Assembly (NCBI GenBank): GCA_905178155.1
Contig: CAJINV010000001.1
Location: 9,507,865 to 9,571,864, forward strand
Direction: 5' to 3'
DNA from: Amoebophrya sp. A120
Taxonomy: Eukaryota > Protista > Dinoflagellata
Length of the DNA stretch: 64,000 bases
Part shown: positions 12,601 to 24,400 of the stretch, piece after piece
Layout of the letters: every line of letters begins with the position of its first letter
Numbering within the stretch: position 1 is the stretch's first letter
Notes under the pieces: generated by a model
Seen by the model: only the letters and a program-made list of their open reading frames with translations
Told to the model about the DNA's origin: nothing
Database searches by the model: none
Program-made: the position numbers and the translations under genes

Positions 12601-15600
12601 GCAGCCCGATGGCTTGGGGCTGGGTGCGAGCGACCTGGTACGAGTCGCGACCCGCAATCACCACCCACTTCGTGGTCAAAACCTCTGTCAGCTTGTCCAC
12701 ACTGAGTCCTGAGCGTTTTATTTTCATGTTGGGATCAACGAGCATTTTTTACACAAACACAGTCACAGTTTTCGACGCTCCAGGAGTCCGTGTGAAAAAT
12801 GCAAAACGCATGAAAAAAAAGAAAAATCCTTGTTTTCACGGCTAACGACCAGCAGGTAGCGGGCGCAGGTGATTGACGCGAAAAAAAAAGTCAGCCGAAT
12901 TTGAAAAAATGGCCAGCGACCTGTTGTAAAAAGAGAAAATGATGAAAAGTGTTCAACATCAAGATCAACTCATGATCATGAACAGAATTCAAGAGCAACA
13001 GACACCATACCGAGAATCGTCGCAGCCGCCTCGACACTCGCCTCATTGTCTAACCGGAGCGCATCAGAGGCGAGGTTTTGCTCCACGTTCACAATGTCAA
13101 TCTCCGCCAGATGGATGAGACCGCAGAGCAGTTTGAAAATGGGCTCTACTCCGCCCTTTTCCGACGGAAAGACGTTTTGCAGCCCCGTTTGCAAGGACAA
13201 GAAGTTCGCAGCGTCGTCGCGCTTGAACACGCCGTGGGGGGCGCCACGGCCGATGTCTTCCTCCTTCGCCAGGCGGTAAGATTTCGTCGTCGGGTACAGC
13301 CCATGGTCCGCAAGAAATTCTTCGTCGCAAGCGGCGAGGAGCTCGTAAAAAGCGTGGTACGACCGCTCGCCCTGGCCGTAACTAGTGACGCGAGAGGATT
13401 CCAGAAGAAACGCGCGGATTTCGGCGGACTGCAAATGGCCGACGACGTTGAAGAGGAGTGCGTTGTACTTGCCGAATCGCGACGAATTGCAGTTCCGTAC
13501 CGTAGCAGCGTTTCCGAAAGCTTCCAGGACCGGATTTACATCGAGCATCTTCTGCGCAAGCTGCAGAGCCTCCATCTCGTGCGACCGGGAACGGTAGGCC
13601 AGGTACCTGAAGTTAGTATGAAGAAAAGATTCGAAATTTTTATTGCGAGCAAAATAAAAAAACTGCTTTCCACAACAGGGAGCAGGAATTTAGACCACGA
13701 TCAAAAAGGAGAAGATGACGATGTGCCAGGGCAATGGTTTTCTACTAACTTAGCGATTGAAACACAATTTAAAGTATCTACCCCATTGCGATCTTCGCAG
13801 TCTCCGTTTTGCCCGCACCCGACACCCCGGAGATGATGAGCACCTGGGACTGGCCTTCGTGCAGCATCTGGCGGTAGGCCGCGTCCGCGACCCCGTAGGG
13901 GTGGGGGGGCTGTTTCAGCCGCGTGTCGTTGTCCTGGTACAAGCATTTCCGCTCGTCCGAGTACAGCGCGTCGATCTCCTTCCCCTTTGTCAAAGGATTC
14001 ACCGCGAGCAAGACTTTCGCCGCGGAGGTGTAGATCTGGAATTGCGCGTACCGCTTCCGTAAATTCTCGAGAATGGACAGCTCGTCCAAATGCGTCAATG
14101 CGGTGCAGTCGTCGTAAATTTCCTCCCGAAGATTTTGTGGCAGTTGCTGTTGCAACTGCTGTAGCTGCGATTGGTGTGCGGACTTGCGCTTTGCCCGGAA
14201 ATGGGCATGCGTGGAGGTTGGGAGATGGCTGTAGGCACTCTTGCTGCTGGCCGAAGACGAAGACGCAGGCTGTGGATGCGAAAAATCCAAGCCCTTTTGT
14301 GCAGCTTCTTGGTCGTGCGGTGCTGGCGCGTCATCTTTGCTTTTGCCCTTTCCCTTCAGTGCAGGCATCACCATCAAGTTTGCACGGACTTTTATCTCAG
14401 AAGTCCTTTTGGTTTCCTGCACGGCAAGCTCTTGATCCTGTTCAACTTCCGCGGAAGGGATCTCCACATCACCTTCAGCGGTACCATGATCTTCCTTCTT
14501 CGCAGTGTTGACCACTACACTTGGTGGTTGTATGAGCCGGCCCGTGAGGCTTTTGGACGATCGCTGGCGCGGTAGCGAATGTAACTCCTCTTGTTGCGGT
14601 TGCGCGACGACCGCCTGCGGTGCTGCCGCGACCTTCGATGAAGGTCGGATACCGGTTTTCGCTGGTGAGGCGGGCCCACGCGGGCCTGGCTCACTTTCAG
14701 CGGAACTGTTCTTGGATTTCGCTTGTTTTTCCGCAAGTACTTTCTCGGGACTAACGACACGGCCGGTCTCCGCAACGCTCTTCAGCTGCTCTTTCAACAT
14801 GGCCATGGAGCTCGGCGTGATGTCTGCCATTTCTTGAGCGTCACCACCTGCACTAACGCCGGGGTAATCCGCCAGGCCGGACCTCTCGAGCGCGGCTTTC
14901 GAAGACTGCCGTCCGATTTTCGACTTGGCTTTCGGCGCCAACGCGAAGCCGTACATATCATTGGGGTCTGGCCCGAACAGGGGCGTCTCATAGTCGTCGA
15001 CGGAGGACGCGTTTAGGTTTGCCACGGCGTTTTCGACAACGGCAGCGGGTGCAGTGGACGCAGATGATGTAGCTGCAGGGGCGGGCTTTTTCTCTCCCTC
15101 GTGCCCGTCGCTGTCGGTGGCGCCATACTTCGTTTTGTCTAGGTCTTGCTCCTGTTCGTTTTCAGCCGTTGCTGCAGGATTGCCACTGTCGCCGCTTTTG
15201 AATTGCTTGTGGTTATGCGTATCCAGTGCAAACTCCTGATCCACCGACCGGGCGCGCTTGGAGGAGCGCGACGGTCCAGACCCACCGACTTCGACCTCGC
15301 CGCTGCGCGATTCTCTGGCGACGTAGTCGGCTCCACTTCTACCCCCGATGGAGTTCAGAATCTCTTGGTCAGCAAGATCTGTGGTGAAAGTGTTGAACAT
15401 CACAAACACAAAGCTGTGCGTGAACTGAGGAAAGGTTCCACTCTTCACTCTCAGGAAAACGACAAGTTAGGTACATCATGCTCATACATGATGCATATAC
15501 AATTTACAAAACAGAGAACTGTCATCAAAATACTGCTGCCACGGCTAGCGGCGGACGGGGCATTTGACCGGTATGAAATCGGGGAAACGGCAGATATCCG

Positions 15601-17020
15601 TGCGGAGTTGTTGGCAATTCCCTTTTCGCGTTCGCACTTGCTAAGTCGTGCATGCTCCCCTGAGCGCTGCCGCGAAAGCCCACCTGGTCCGAATATTTGA
15701 AATGTCATCTTCAACTTTATTTACAAGGTAGACGAAGAGCTGAGCTGCGGAAAAGATTTATTTTCGCCATGTTACAATTTTTCATACATACATCACATAG
15801 CGATAGACAACCCTACGAGAGCTATTCGAGCTTTTCTAACTCATCGCGCACAATGAAAATGAGCAAGTACCGTCGGCCCCTGCCGGCACTGGCGAAAACG
15901 CTGGTTGTTTGATTCCCTCCGCAACAGTTGCAGCAAACTCTTGGCCTACTCCTTCTGCGCCGCACCCAGGCTTTTCTGCAGTCCCTTTGCTGGACGACGA
16001 CGATGCAGCTCGTCCGGCGCTTTTCACGATGGGATCGCTGATCAACTTGGTCCGCGACGCGTTTGCGCTGGATGGCAACGATTGGGCCTGGTCAGATTCG
16101 CGATCGAGACCGAAATCCTCAAGGTCGTCGTCAATGTCAGCATCGTCGCCGTCGCGGTCTTCGTTCACGAAGCTGCAGATCTGGTGCTTATTTTCAAGAC
16201 CACTCCCGTTGTTCCCGGCGTGATACAACTCGCGCCTATCGAAAACAGGATAGGAAAACCGCTCGGCATTCACATTGTGCGGTGTCTCGTGTTCCAGCAG
16301 CAGCTTTCTGCGCTTGGGAGCTGCACCCCCGCTGGCGGAGTCCGGGAAACCATCGGACGAGAAATCCGAGACGGAGGTTTCAAAAGGGCCGGCCGGCACT
16401 GCGCCGCTGAGCACGCCTCGGATCTCGAAAGAGTCGTCGACATCGACGAGGTTGGAGGTTGCGTTTAAGTTTGTCTTCCCGTCGCTCGCGAGGTTCCTTC
16501 TCAAATGTTGTTGAGCCGCGTCCTCGTCCTCGGAAACAGCGTCGGAAAACGCAAAACTTTCCGGCTCGGCCCGATCCTGTTCCTGTTCGCCGTCTTCATC
16601 GGCGAGCAGGGAAACCTCTTCAACAGCCGAGTAATGAAGCGTGTTGTCTTCGACCTGTTTTATGTTTTCGATCATTTTTATTACGTCTGCTGTGCCTTTG
16701 GCTACTAACTTTGACGCTTTGAAATTTAACGCACTAAGATTCTTCACTCAGGCTAGAGGAAACAGCGCTACAACATCCATGGCGACGGCCGTGTCTGCTT
16801 CACATAAATCACTTTCAACATGCACGACTAGAAGTCCTGTTCTTACCGGTTTGTCTGTCAAATCTGCTTCTGGCACCACGCCGTGGTGACCCTCTTCCGA
16901 GTCCGGGTGCGGTAACACAGGACTCAACAGCGGCGACGCTTGCTCCTCAACGTCAGCCGCAGCTGCACCTTCCGGCACCTCCAGAGGCGGTTCAGGAAGC
17001 CCTACTTCGTCGTCAGCCAT
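6690..17020 (-). CDS. Unconventional myosin heavy chain, 9 exons, ~2,885 aa
   Basis: Motor motifs: GVSGAGKT P-loop, LEAFGNAATVRNCNSSRFGK switch I, LDIYGFE switch II, NSFEQLCINLANEHLQ, HYIRC, RGYPHR, SKLFLK. GT-AG introns at 16655-16846, 15684-15870, 15379-15533, 13607-13781, 12709-13010 and 7168-7307, plus TIR elements at 11208-11475 and 8483-8726. The joined exons total 8,658 nt and are in frame. The first three exons are less certain than the motor. Confidence 0.9.
8483..8726. mobile_element. Introner-like non-canonical intron 1 (244 bp, 40-bp TIR, 5-bp direct repeat TGGTC)
   Basis: TIR arms start TATGG and match at 32/40. TGGTC lies at 8478-8482 and 8727-8731. Removal gives in-frame KSFND-QRERMESLE. 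Confidence 0.9.
11208..11475. mobile_element. Introner-like non-canonical intron 2 (268 bp, 32-bp TIR, 5-bp direct repeat ACTCG)
   Basis: TGTCAACTGTAAAAGTGTCTGGGTCTGGAAGA versus TATCAAATGTAAAAATGTCTGGGTCTGGAAGA (29/32). ACTCG lies at 11203-11207 and 11476-11480. Removal gives KLPDE-YEAYDARTFIDLL within the myosin converter region. Confidence 0.92.
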
Positions 17021-18454
17021 GACCGGTTTCTAAATTGGAGCCATCGTCGCCGCGTCGCACTGCCAAAACTGTTTCAGGGTTGCTCGCCGCTGCAAAGTCC
17101 TCTGGAGGGTATGCGCTACCGGAGACACGACAATGCTTTGTGATGTCCAGGCGGAGACTTCTGTAGAGTTTCTTTATCCTTCACTCGTGCAGAGCTCTGG
17201 TGCTGCGCACCGGAAAGAAAGACTCTGCGTCTTGATGAAGAGATGCAGATCGAGCAGGCTCTATAATCCAGGGCAATGAAGACTTTGACTACTAGTAGTA
17301 CGTCGTTACTTAGTTTCAGAAAAAACCTTTTCTCAGGCAGCTGGTTACAACCGCAACCTCTGCGTGGACTAGAAGGATTTTCGACTTCAATAAAAAAACA
17401 TTCACTTCGGCAAGAAGAAAAAACATCATGGATTTTACAGTATATCATGCACTTACAGGCTGGTAATTCTGCTTGATATACAACAACTGAAACTGTCTAA
17501 AGGTGGTCGAGTCGATACGGCGAAGCTCGAACCTTCTATAAAGCGGGTCTTCCTAGTACAACTCAATCAAGAAAACATGGCCACCTACGGTTCACAACGC
17601 ATACACGTTCAACTCTCTCTTCGATGGTACTGCGACGGACTGAGCAGACTCGAGCGAATGCGAATGTAACAGTGCCAATGAATTAGGTTCGAGGAACACG
17701 GCCTCGGCACCGAGTCCGACGTCGACAAGTGTCGAAATTTTTGCTGCTTTCGAGATTGAAACTGTGCCGCTGTGGTCTCTCATTAAAATCAGCTCGCTTG
17801 AGGTGTAGGACATATCATGCAGGTCGTACATCGTTTTGTATTTGTTACAAAGGGACTCCCGAATCTATCATTGTACATGCGTAAATTATCGCAGCTCCAG
17901 CATCATGCTCAACGCCAACAATAAGCTCAACGTAATCATGTCAGCCGTGCAGTGCTGATAAAGCTTTCGAAAAATGAATGGGACAAGATCTTTGCAGTTG
18001 CACGAGAAAGAGAGGAGTCAAAAAAGGCAACGGTAGCAACAAGAAGTACTGTACACCCTCATCAAAGTCAGAAACAGCGTCGAAGGCGTGAGGTTCGACC
18101 GTGCCGGCGTGACTCTCTTTTCGTCTTTGTGCAAAAAATCGTAAAAACCGTATACGCAAAACAAAAACATGCAGGGACGGCCACACTGTGGTGTAGGTTT
18201 TACCGAATCATTCATTTGTGCTTCTGTTTGCTCGATGACTGTTTAGCAAGTAAGACTGAATAAAAAAGGTGAAGACTCGCAAGCTAAGTAAGTATAGTAA
18301 CAAGTAGGTACAATATACATTTTTGCGCTTCAGCCGTAGTTGATATAGGTTATGAATTTAAATTTTACAGAGAGGGTTTTATTGGGTGCAAATGCGTTCT
18401 GCCCAAGCTGTTCCTGTACGACTCGAGCAGACCCACACCTGCTACGGCAAGGGC

Positions 18455-21400
18455 TCACAACTCATCCCTGCCAGCTTTTTCGGACAAGACAGCGTCCTTT
18501 ACCGACCGGCCTTTCGCTTGCTGCAAGGCGTCTTGGAGCGCGCTGCCGAGTGTCTGGCGCTGGAAGAGGTCCGGACTCTGGCCCAGTCGCAGCTCGTGCC
18601 TGTAGTCGGCATTTGCCTGCTTCGGAGGTGAGCCGGAAACTACTTGCTGCGACACGGGAAAAAGCACGCGCGGAGGAGAAGTTCTTCGCTGCGCCGTTCG
18701 GTGCAAAAAATCGGTGACGACGGCGGATTCCAATTCGCTTACTGCCGCTCGCTCTTGCACGGGACTACGGCCATTTTGAAACGATGCCGCTGAAGATGCG
18801 CCTGCTCTCGTGTGGAGCTGCTGGCTCCGGCCTCTACGGTCTAAATTGTTCTGCTCAAACAACTCCCGCTTCTGGTCCTGTTTCTTCCGTCGCCGCGCAG
18901 ACAAAATGTGGTCTTCGCGAGCGAAGTGCGCCAGAAAGTCGTCTTCGCAGAGGGACTGTTCTGTTTTGGACCGGAGATTTGTTGGCATTTCTTGCGACAG
19001 CTCCACCGAAAGTAGTTCCTCCTTGACGATCTCTCCCGGGGGACTCCGTTCCCGATTTTGCTTCTGGGTCTGCGTCTCAAACCGCACTGCTCGTGGCTGT
19101 CCCGCAGTAGAACTCTCCGTCGTCATCCCCATACCGAATTTCGTCTTCAAAGACGGCGGCCGGAGGAATCGTGCCTCCGTCTTTGCCCCGTACGGCGCGA
19201 TCAGATGACGAAGAAACTCCACCTCTTCGGCGTGCCCAAGCTGTTGCAATTCTCCCCGCGCTGATCGCCTCGCAGATTGCTGCGCAAAATCTTCTTGCCA
19301 CAGCGCCCGCTTCTCCCGTCGGTCGTAGTAGTCGTTGTTTTTCTGCTCTAATTCCTGTTTCGTCAGGAATTCGCTAATCACAGTTTCCTCCGGATTTTGC
19401 AGCTCTTTCTCGATAATCGTGTCGATTTTCTCCTCGCGGTTCACCACACGTCTCGCCCGAACCAAGTTTCGTGCAAAAGCATCTGCGTTCGGGATCGGGT
19501 GCGTTTCGCGGTACCACTTCATCAACGGTCGCTTCGTGTACACGGATTTCAAGCCGCGGTTTAACCGGCGGTCGATCTGCTCTCTTTCGTGATCATTTTG
19601 ATTTTCCGCATACTGCTGCTCAAAAGTCGAGCGATCCTGGTCGTAGTAGTTGTACTCATGGTCCTCTCCACCTGCGTCAGAGACAGAGAAACCGTGTCGG
19701 CTGCGCGACGCAGCCCAGAGCTCCACACTTGCTTCCTGTGAGGCTAAGTGCCGGCCGGGGCCTGCGTCCGAGGACGATGATGAGCTGTCGCCACCGCGGT
19801 CGGACAGAAAGGTTGAGAGCGGGAATAATTTCGCACTGTAGGGAAGGTCATCGCCCCCGCCTCCGCGGGGCGAGGCAAAGCTCTTTTTTACGTGTTTTTT
19901 CGTCGGCAGGCCGAGTCTGCGAAGTTTCTGCTTTTTCCTCTTCTCAAATGCTTTGCGTCTTGGAGTGTCCATGAAGTCCGTCGCAACGCCTTTCAAAAGT
20001 CCGTCGTTGTGCTGGACGACCAGGCGCTCCAGTGTGGTTCGGAGATTCAGCAGAAAATCGAGGAAGTTCTTCTCTTCCCCGAAAATTCTACTTTCACTGT
20101 CGCTGTCGTCTTTCCTTTTCGCTTTTGTTTGTTGCAGGTCGGCGTCCGCTGCGACGGTGGCCGCGACTTTGCGCCAGAAGGGTAGCAGACGGGAAAGCAG
20201 GTCAAGCTCGGTGGCGGAAAAGAGTGCACGACAGGATTCCACTTCTTGTTCAAGCGCTGTCTTCTTCATCACGTTTTCATTTTCTGCCTTGGCTTCGCCG
20301 ATATTGTCGACACTGGCCATTTTGCTCATCTTCTGCTTCTTCCGGCGTTCCGCGCTAGTGATTTCTTTCTCCTCGCCCAAGGGATGCCGCTGCGCAACGA
20401 TTTCCAATGCGGCGGAGGATAAACTTTTGTTGTACTTGCCGCCCGTCAAGACTTTTCGGACGATTTTTTTCACCGCTCCAACGAGGGATTGCAGGTCCAA
20501 AACACGATCTTCCACGGGAACCGGGTGCATGAAGAAGTCATGGTCCAGAAATTCCAAGAAATCTTTGACTTCTGATATCTCAGACGTGCGGCGACTATCG
20601 ATGATCTCGGACCTGATAGTATTTTATCGTTTTGAACAAAATGAAAAGCAAATAAAGCCGATCGTTTATTGACTTTATTTTGAAAACAGAAAACTGAAAC
20701 GATGACTCATTCTTAGAAATGCAAATGATAAATTGAAATGATCGCATCGACAATTCAAATGCATACTTCAGCAAGTCCTGCAGGTAGTGAATCTCCACGG
20801 GTGGCGGTGGCTCGCCCTGTGACTGCGAGTCGCCAGCTGACGAGGAAACAGGTGTGTACAGAGCGAAGGGGTAATTTTGCTCGATAAACGCCGTGGAGAA
20901 CCTGTTTATGTCAAGTTGAGTTGGATATGGATTCGGTATATAAATCGCTAGCTCGTCCGAATTCGAAAACACACCGAACAAGAGTAAATTGTCACGACCG
21001 AAAGCAGACAGAGGCACCTCGGCACTCGTGGATCCTCCTGCGATGGCTCCTCCGCAAAAGCGTAATGCGGATACTTTGACGACGGATCGCGCGACCGCTC
21101 GGCGTAGAAGCGCCGCCTTCGATAGGCCAAACGCGGCGAGCTCGGAGCGGACCGGGCCCCGCGCTGGCGAAGTGCATAGCGAGGAGAAAAGTCCTGATGC
21201 GAAATGAGGGTGGGGAAGAAAGGCTCCGGTCGCTTCTTCGTGTTGTTTTCGGTCGCGCTTGCGTCAGGATCGCCTGGGTCGAGGCCTTGATCATGATCTT
21301 CCTGCTGACTCGTTACATGTTGATGCTCTGGAAGAAACGCAGCCTGGTCCCCCAGTTTTTGCCCATTGTGCATCGTACCTAAGAACCGATCCCGTCCCAA

Positions 21401-24400
21401 ACTGGCCATCAGCGGGTCGTCAGCATCATCAAGCGTAGGAGACGGGACAAGCAGAACCGCCGGACCTGATTCCGTTTCCAGCGCGTCGAAGTCGTCGTAG
21501 TCATCTGCTGCCAAAGAAAACAAATCGTAGTTGTCGGCGCCGATATGGAATGGCAAGTTTTTCTGTGTCAAATTCCTCCCGTCGAGGTGTGCAACATCGA
21601 GCATGTCATCGTCGATCCCGGGGTCGCCAAGACTCGCCGAGCTTTCCTGCGTTCCCTGCTTGCCGTCCCGCCGCAACGCAATTTGCGTGCGCACCACGGT
21701 TCGTAATCGCGAGGGGTGCGCACTGGTGGGCCGGCCGGCAGCACTCGCACTCATCCCTGGAATCGCGTCGGAGCCGACGCGCTCGAGCTCGTGGTCGCCA
21801 TCATCGTCCTCGTCAAGGACTACACCAATTTGCAGATCGTCTTCCTGGGCACTCGCACTTGCTTTGCTTCCCTGGTTTACAAGTTCCTGGCTGGAAAAAT
21901 CCGGTCTGCTGTTCACATTGTCTCGTTCTCCTTCTGGAGGAAATAATTGCCTCGCCGCGCCATCCAGCATTTCAGCAAACATCGAAGAATTTACCCCGCT
22001 GGCCTCTTCCGCTTGAATTCCGACGTTGTTCATCACTGGCAAGTGGTAGACAAACGGGTTGAAGCCCAGAGGCGAGTCGCGGTTCCGTGCGGACGCAATG
22101 CCGGTCCGGATGCGATTGTACTTCCACCGGAGTTTTCGGAACAGCGCCTCTTTGTAGATCCTGCGCCCGAGAATACCCCGAAACCAGGCTTGGATCTTCG
22201 TTGCGTTGCGCCACGGGACTGTGTCGGTGCGGAAGAGGTTTTGCATGCTCTCGTCTTGCTCTCCCCCAATGAGCAAGTGGTCCGGAATTAAGCCCGTTTG
22301 ACTCTCCGCGCCAAGCAGCCCGTGCATCCGGAGGTTGTCCCTTAAGCGCCTCAATTCGTCCTGCATCATGCGGATCGACTCGGCTTGGGATTTCGCTAGA
22401 TCTACCATCTCCCCGTTTATGCGCTTTTTCGGATCGGTCAAGTAATCCACGTACACCGTCGCAACCGCGCGGATGACGAGGTACTCATGTTCGTGCTCGA
22501 AGTAACTGGCGTCGGAAGCACTGTTGACGCCGACTACGGATTGAACTTCGTTTTGCTCCAGGTTCTCAAACCAGGCCGGGGGGATCGGATAGTCCAGAGC
22601 GTGCTCGAAAAGTGCCGCATGTGGATCGTGGTGCTGCTGCTGCTGCGCAACATCATGATCAAACAAAGTTGTGTTGCTGAGCTGGAGAGTTGATGTTGGC
22701 GCGCCACGGTCGGCGAATGCTTGGTTCGGGTCCTCTTCATCTCCGAACCCCGCTGGCGGGGCTCCTGTTTCGCCGAGAACACCAGCTGTGCCAGGGTCAA
22801 GTTGCAGTGTGACATTCTGGTCCCAACTGAAAGCTGTCTCGCCGAAAGCAACTGTCGCTGCGTCGTCTTGTTGTAGTACTGTCCCTTGATGCTCTTCTTG
22901 CCCTGCGAGCATGTTTCGATACTGCTCGTTTCGTTCCCGGTCACTTTTAGCGAGAATTTCAAACGTGTCTTTTTCATCCAAAAAGTAGTTGTTCATGTTC
23001 AACAAGACGCCGTCAACAAGCTCCGTTCCAACCCCCTGCTCCGCAGTCATCTTGTCGATGACAATCCGGTACAAGAAAGAAAGCAACACTTTCGCGAACT
23101 CCTGCTTTTCCAACAAGCCTCTCTTTCGCAGCTCCTCTTCCTCCGCCAGTCGCCGTAGTTCATCTTCCGTCAAAATGTCCCGATCCTCCGCCGCCATCAG
23201 CTTCAATTCCGCCCGCATCACTTCCCTATCGTAGATCTCCTGCCATGCGAGTTCGAAGATCGAGGGAAGAAAACTGTAGTAAGATTTTTTCGGAGCTGCG
23301 GCAGGGGATCTGGCCTTGCTCGCTCCTGTGCTGAGATCTTGCGAAGTAGATTCGAGCTTTCTGTTCGCGACATCAGTGTTCATCTGCGACACCAGTTCCT
23401 TCGCACGCCGAGCCTCTTCCTCCACTTGATTGATTGACGCTTTCAGTTCCTGGTGCCGCGTGTCGTACTCCAAATGCTCCGAATACCGCTGCAACACATC
23501 TCCAAAGTCATCATCTAGCAGTGACTCCGCTTGCGCTTGCTGCTCCAGCAACTCCTTGTAGTGTCTCGGCTTCTGCCGCGGAGATCCCCGTCGGCTCGTC
23601 ATCGTCCCAAAGGCCGCGGTGCTATCTCTATCACCGCCACCACCAGCCGCGCCGAGATCCACCCTTGGGCTTAGAACCGGGTCGCCGAGCCCGACACGCA
23701 ATTCCTCGAGATTGGACGTGTCCGCTAGCGAGGTCACGACATTCTGCTCTTGCCCGTCTGTCGGCGACCGTCCGAGCAAGATTTCTTCGACCTCGCGCAT
23801 TCTCTGCTCCCGCTCTAACCGCTTTCTTTCCTCTATCCACAGTAAATTTCCCGTACAAATGCAGTCTCTGCATGACAAAAGCAAAACTTGCCTTCAATCC
23901 TAGTCTAGCATGACAAGTTGTACACTGCAAGTTAGCGGAATTTGTCATGCATTTTATACATGTACGGGAAATTTACATTGCATATCCTCCTCCGCCTCCC
24001 GACGCCGTTTTTCCGCGAGCTCCGCCAGCCGCTCGTCCTCGATCTTGCGCCACATCGCAAGGGAGTAGAGATACACCTCCTTCAAATTTTTCTTCACAAA
24101 CGCCTTGCGGATCATGTCGTCGATTTGCGTCTCGTACAAATTCGCCAGGTACGGCGGGACCACACGGTAGCGGTAGAAGTTGTACTGAAACAGGGTGAGT
24201 TGCTCCTGCATGATCCGTTCCGTCATGATTCTCGTGTACACATCGTTCGTCAAATTCCGCACGTAGGCTTTGGACACCTGTGTGGGACAGTTCGAAACCC
24301 GTTCCAGCGCCTTCCCGTCGACCACGTTGCCGTATGCGTCGAAGTAGTACTCGACCGCGCGCCGCATTCGTCGCCGGCTGTTCGGGGACATCCGCGGCGA

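Noticed and set aside
13610-13751. 9-bp inverted repeat (AAGTTAGTA/TACTAACTT) in a myosin intron
   Set aside because: The intron is canonical GT-AG, one copy is simply a branch-point-like TACTAAC, and the repeat is not terminal.
8478-23989. First three TIR introns have lengths divisible by 3 (249, 273, 156 nt including one repeat), hinting at read-through or protein-level removal
   Set aside because: They contain in-frame stops, and the other two (275 and 155 nt) are not multiples of 3.
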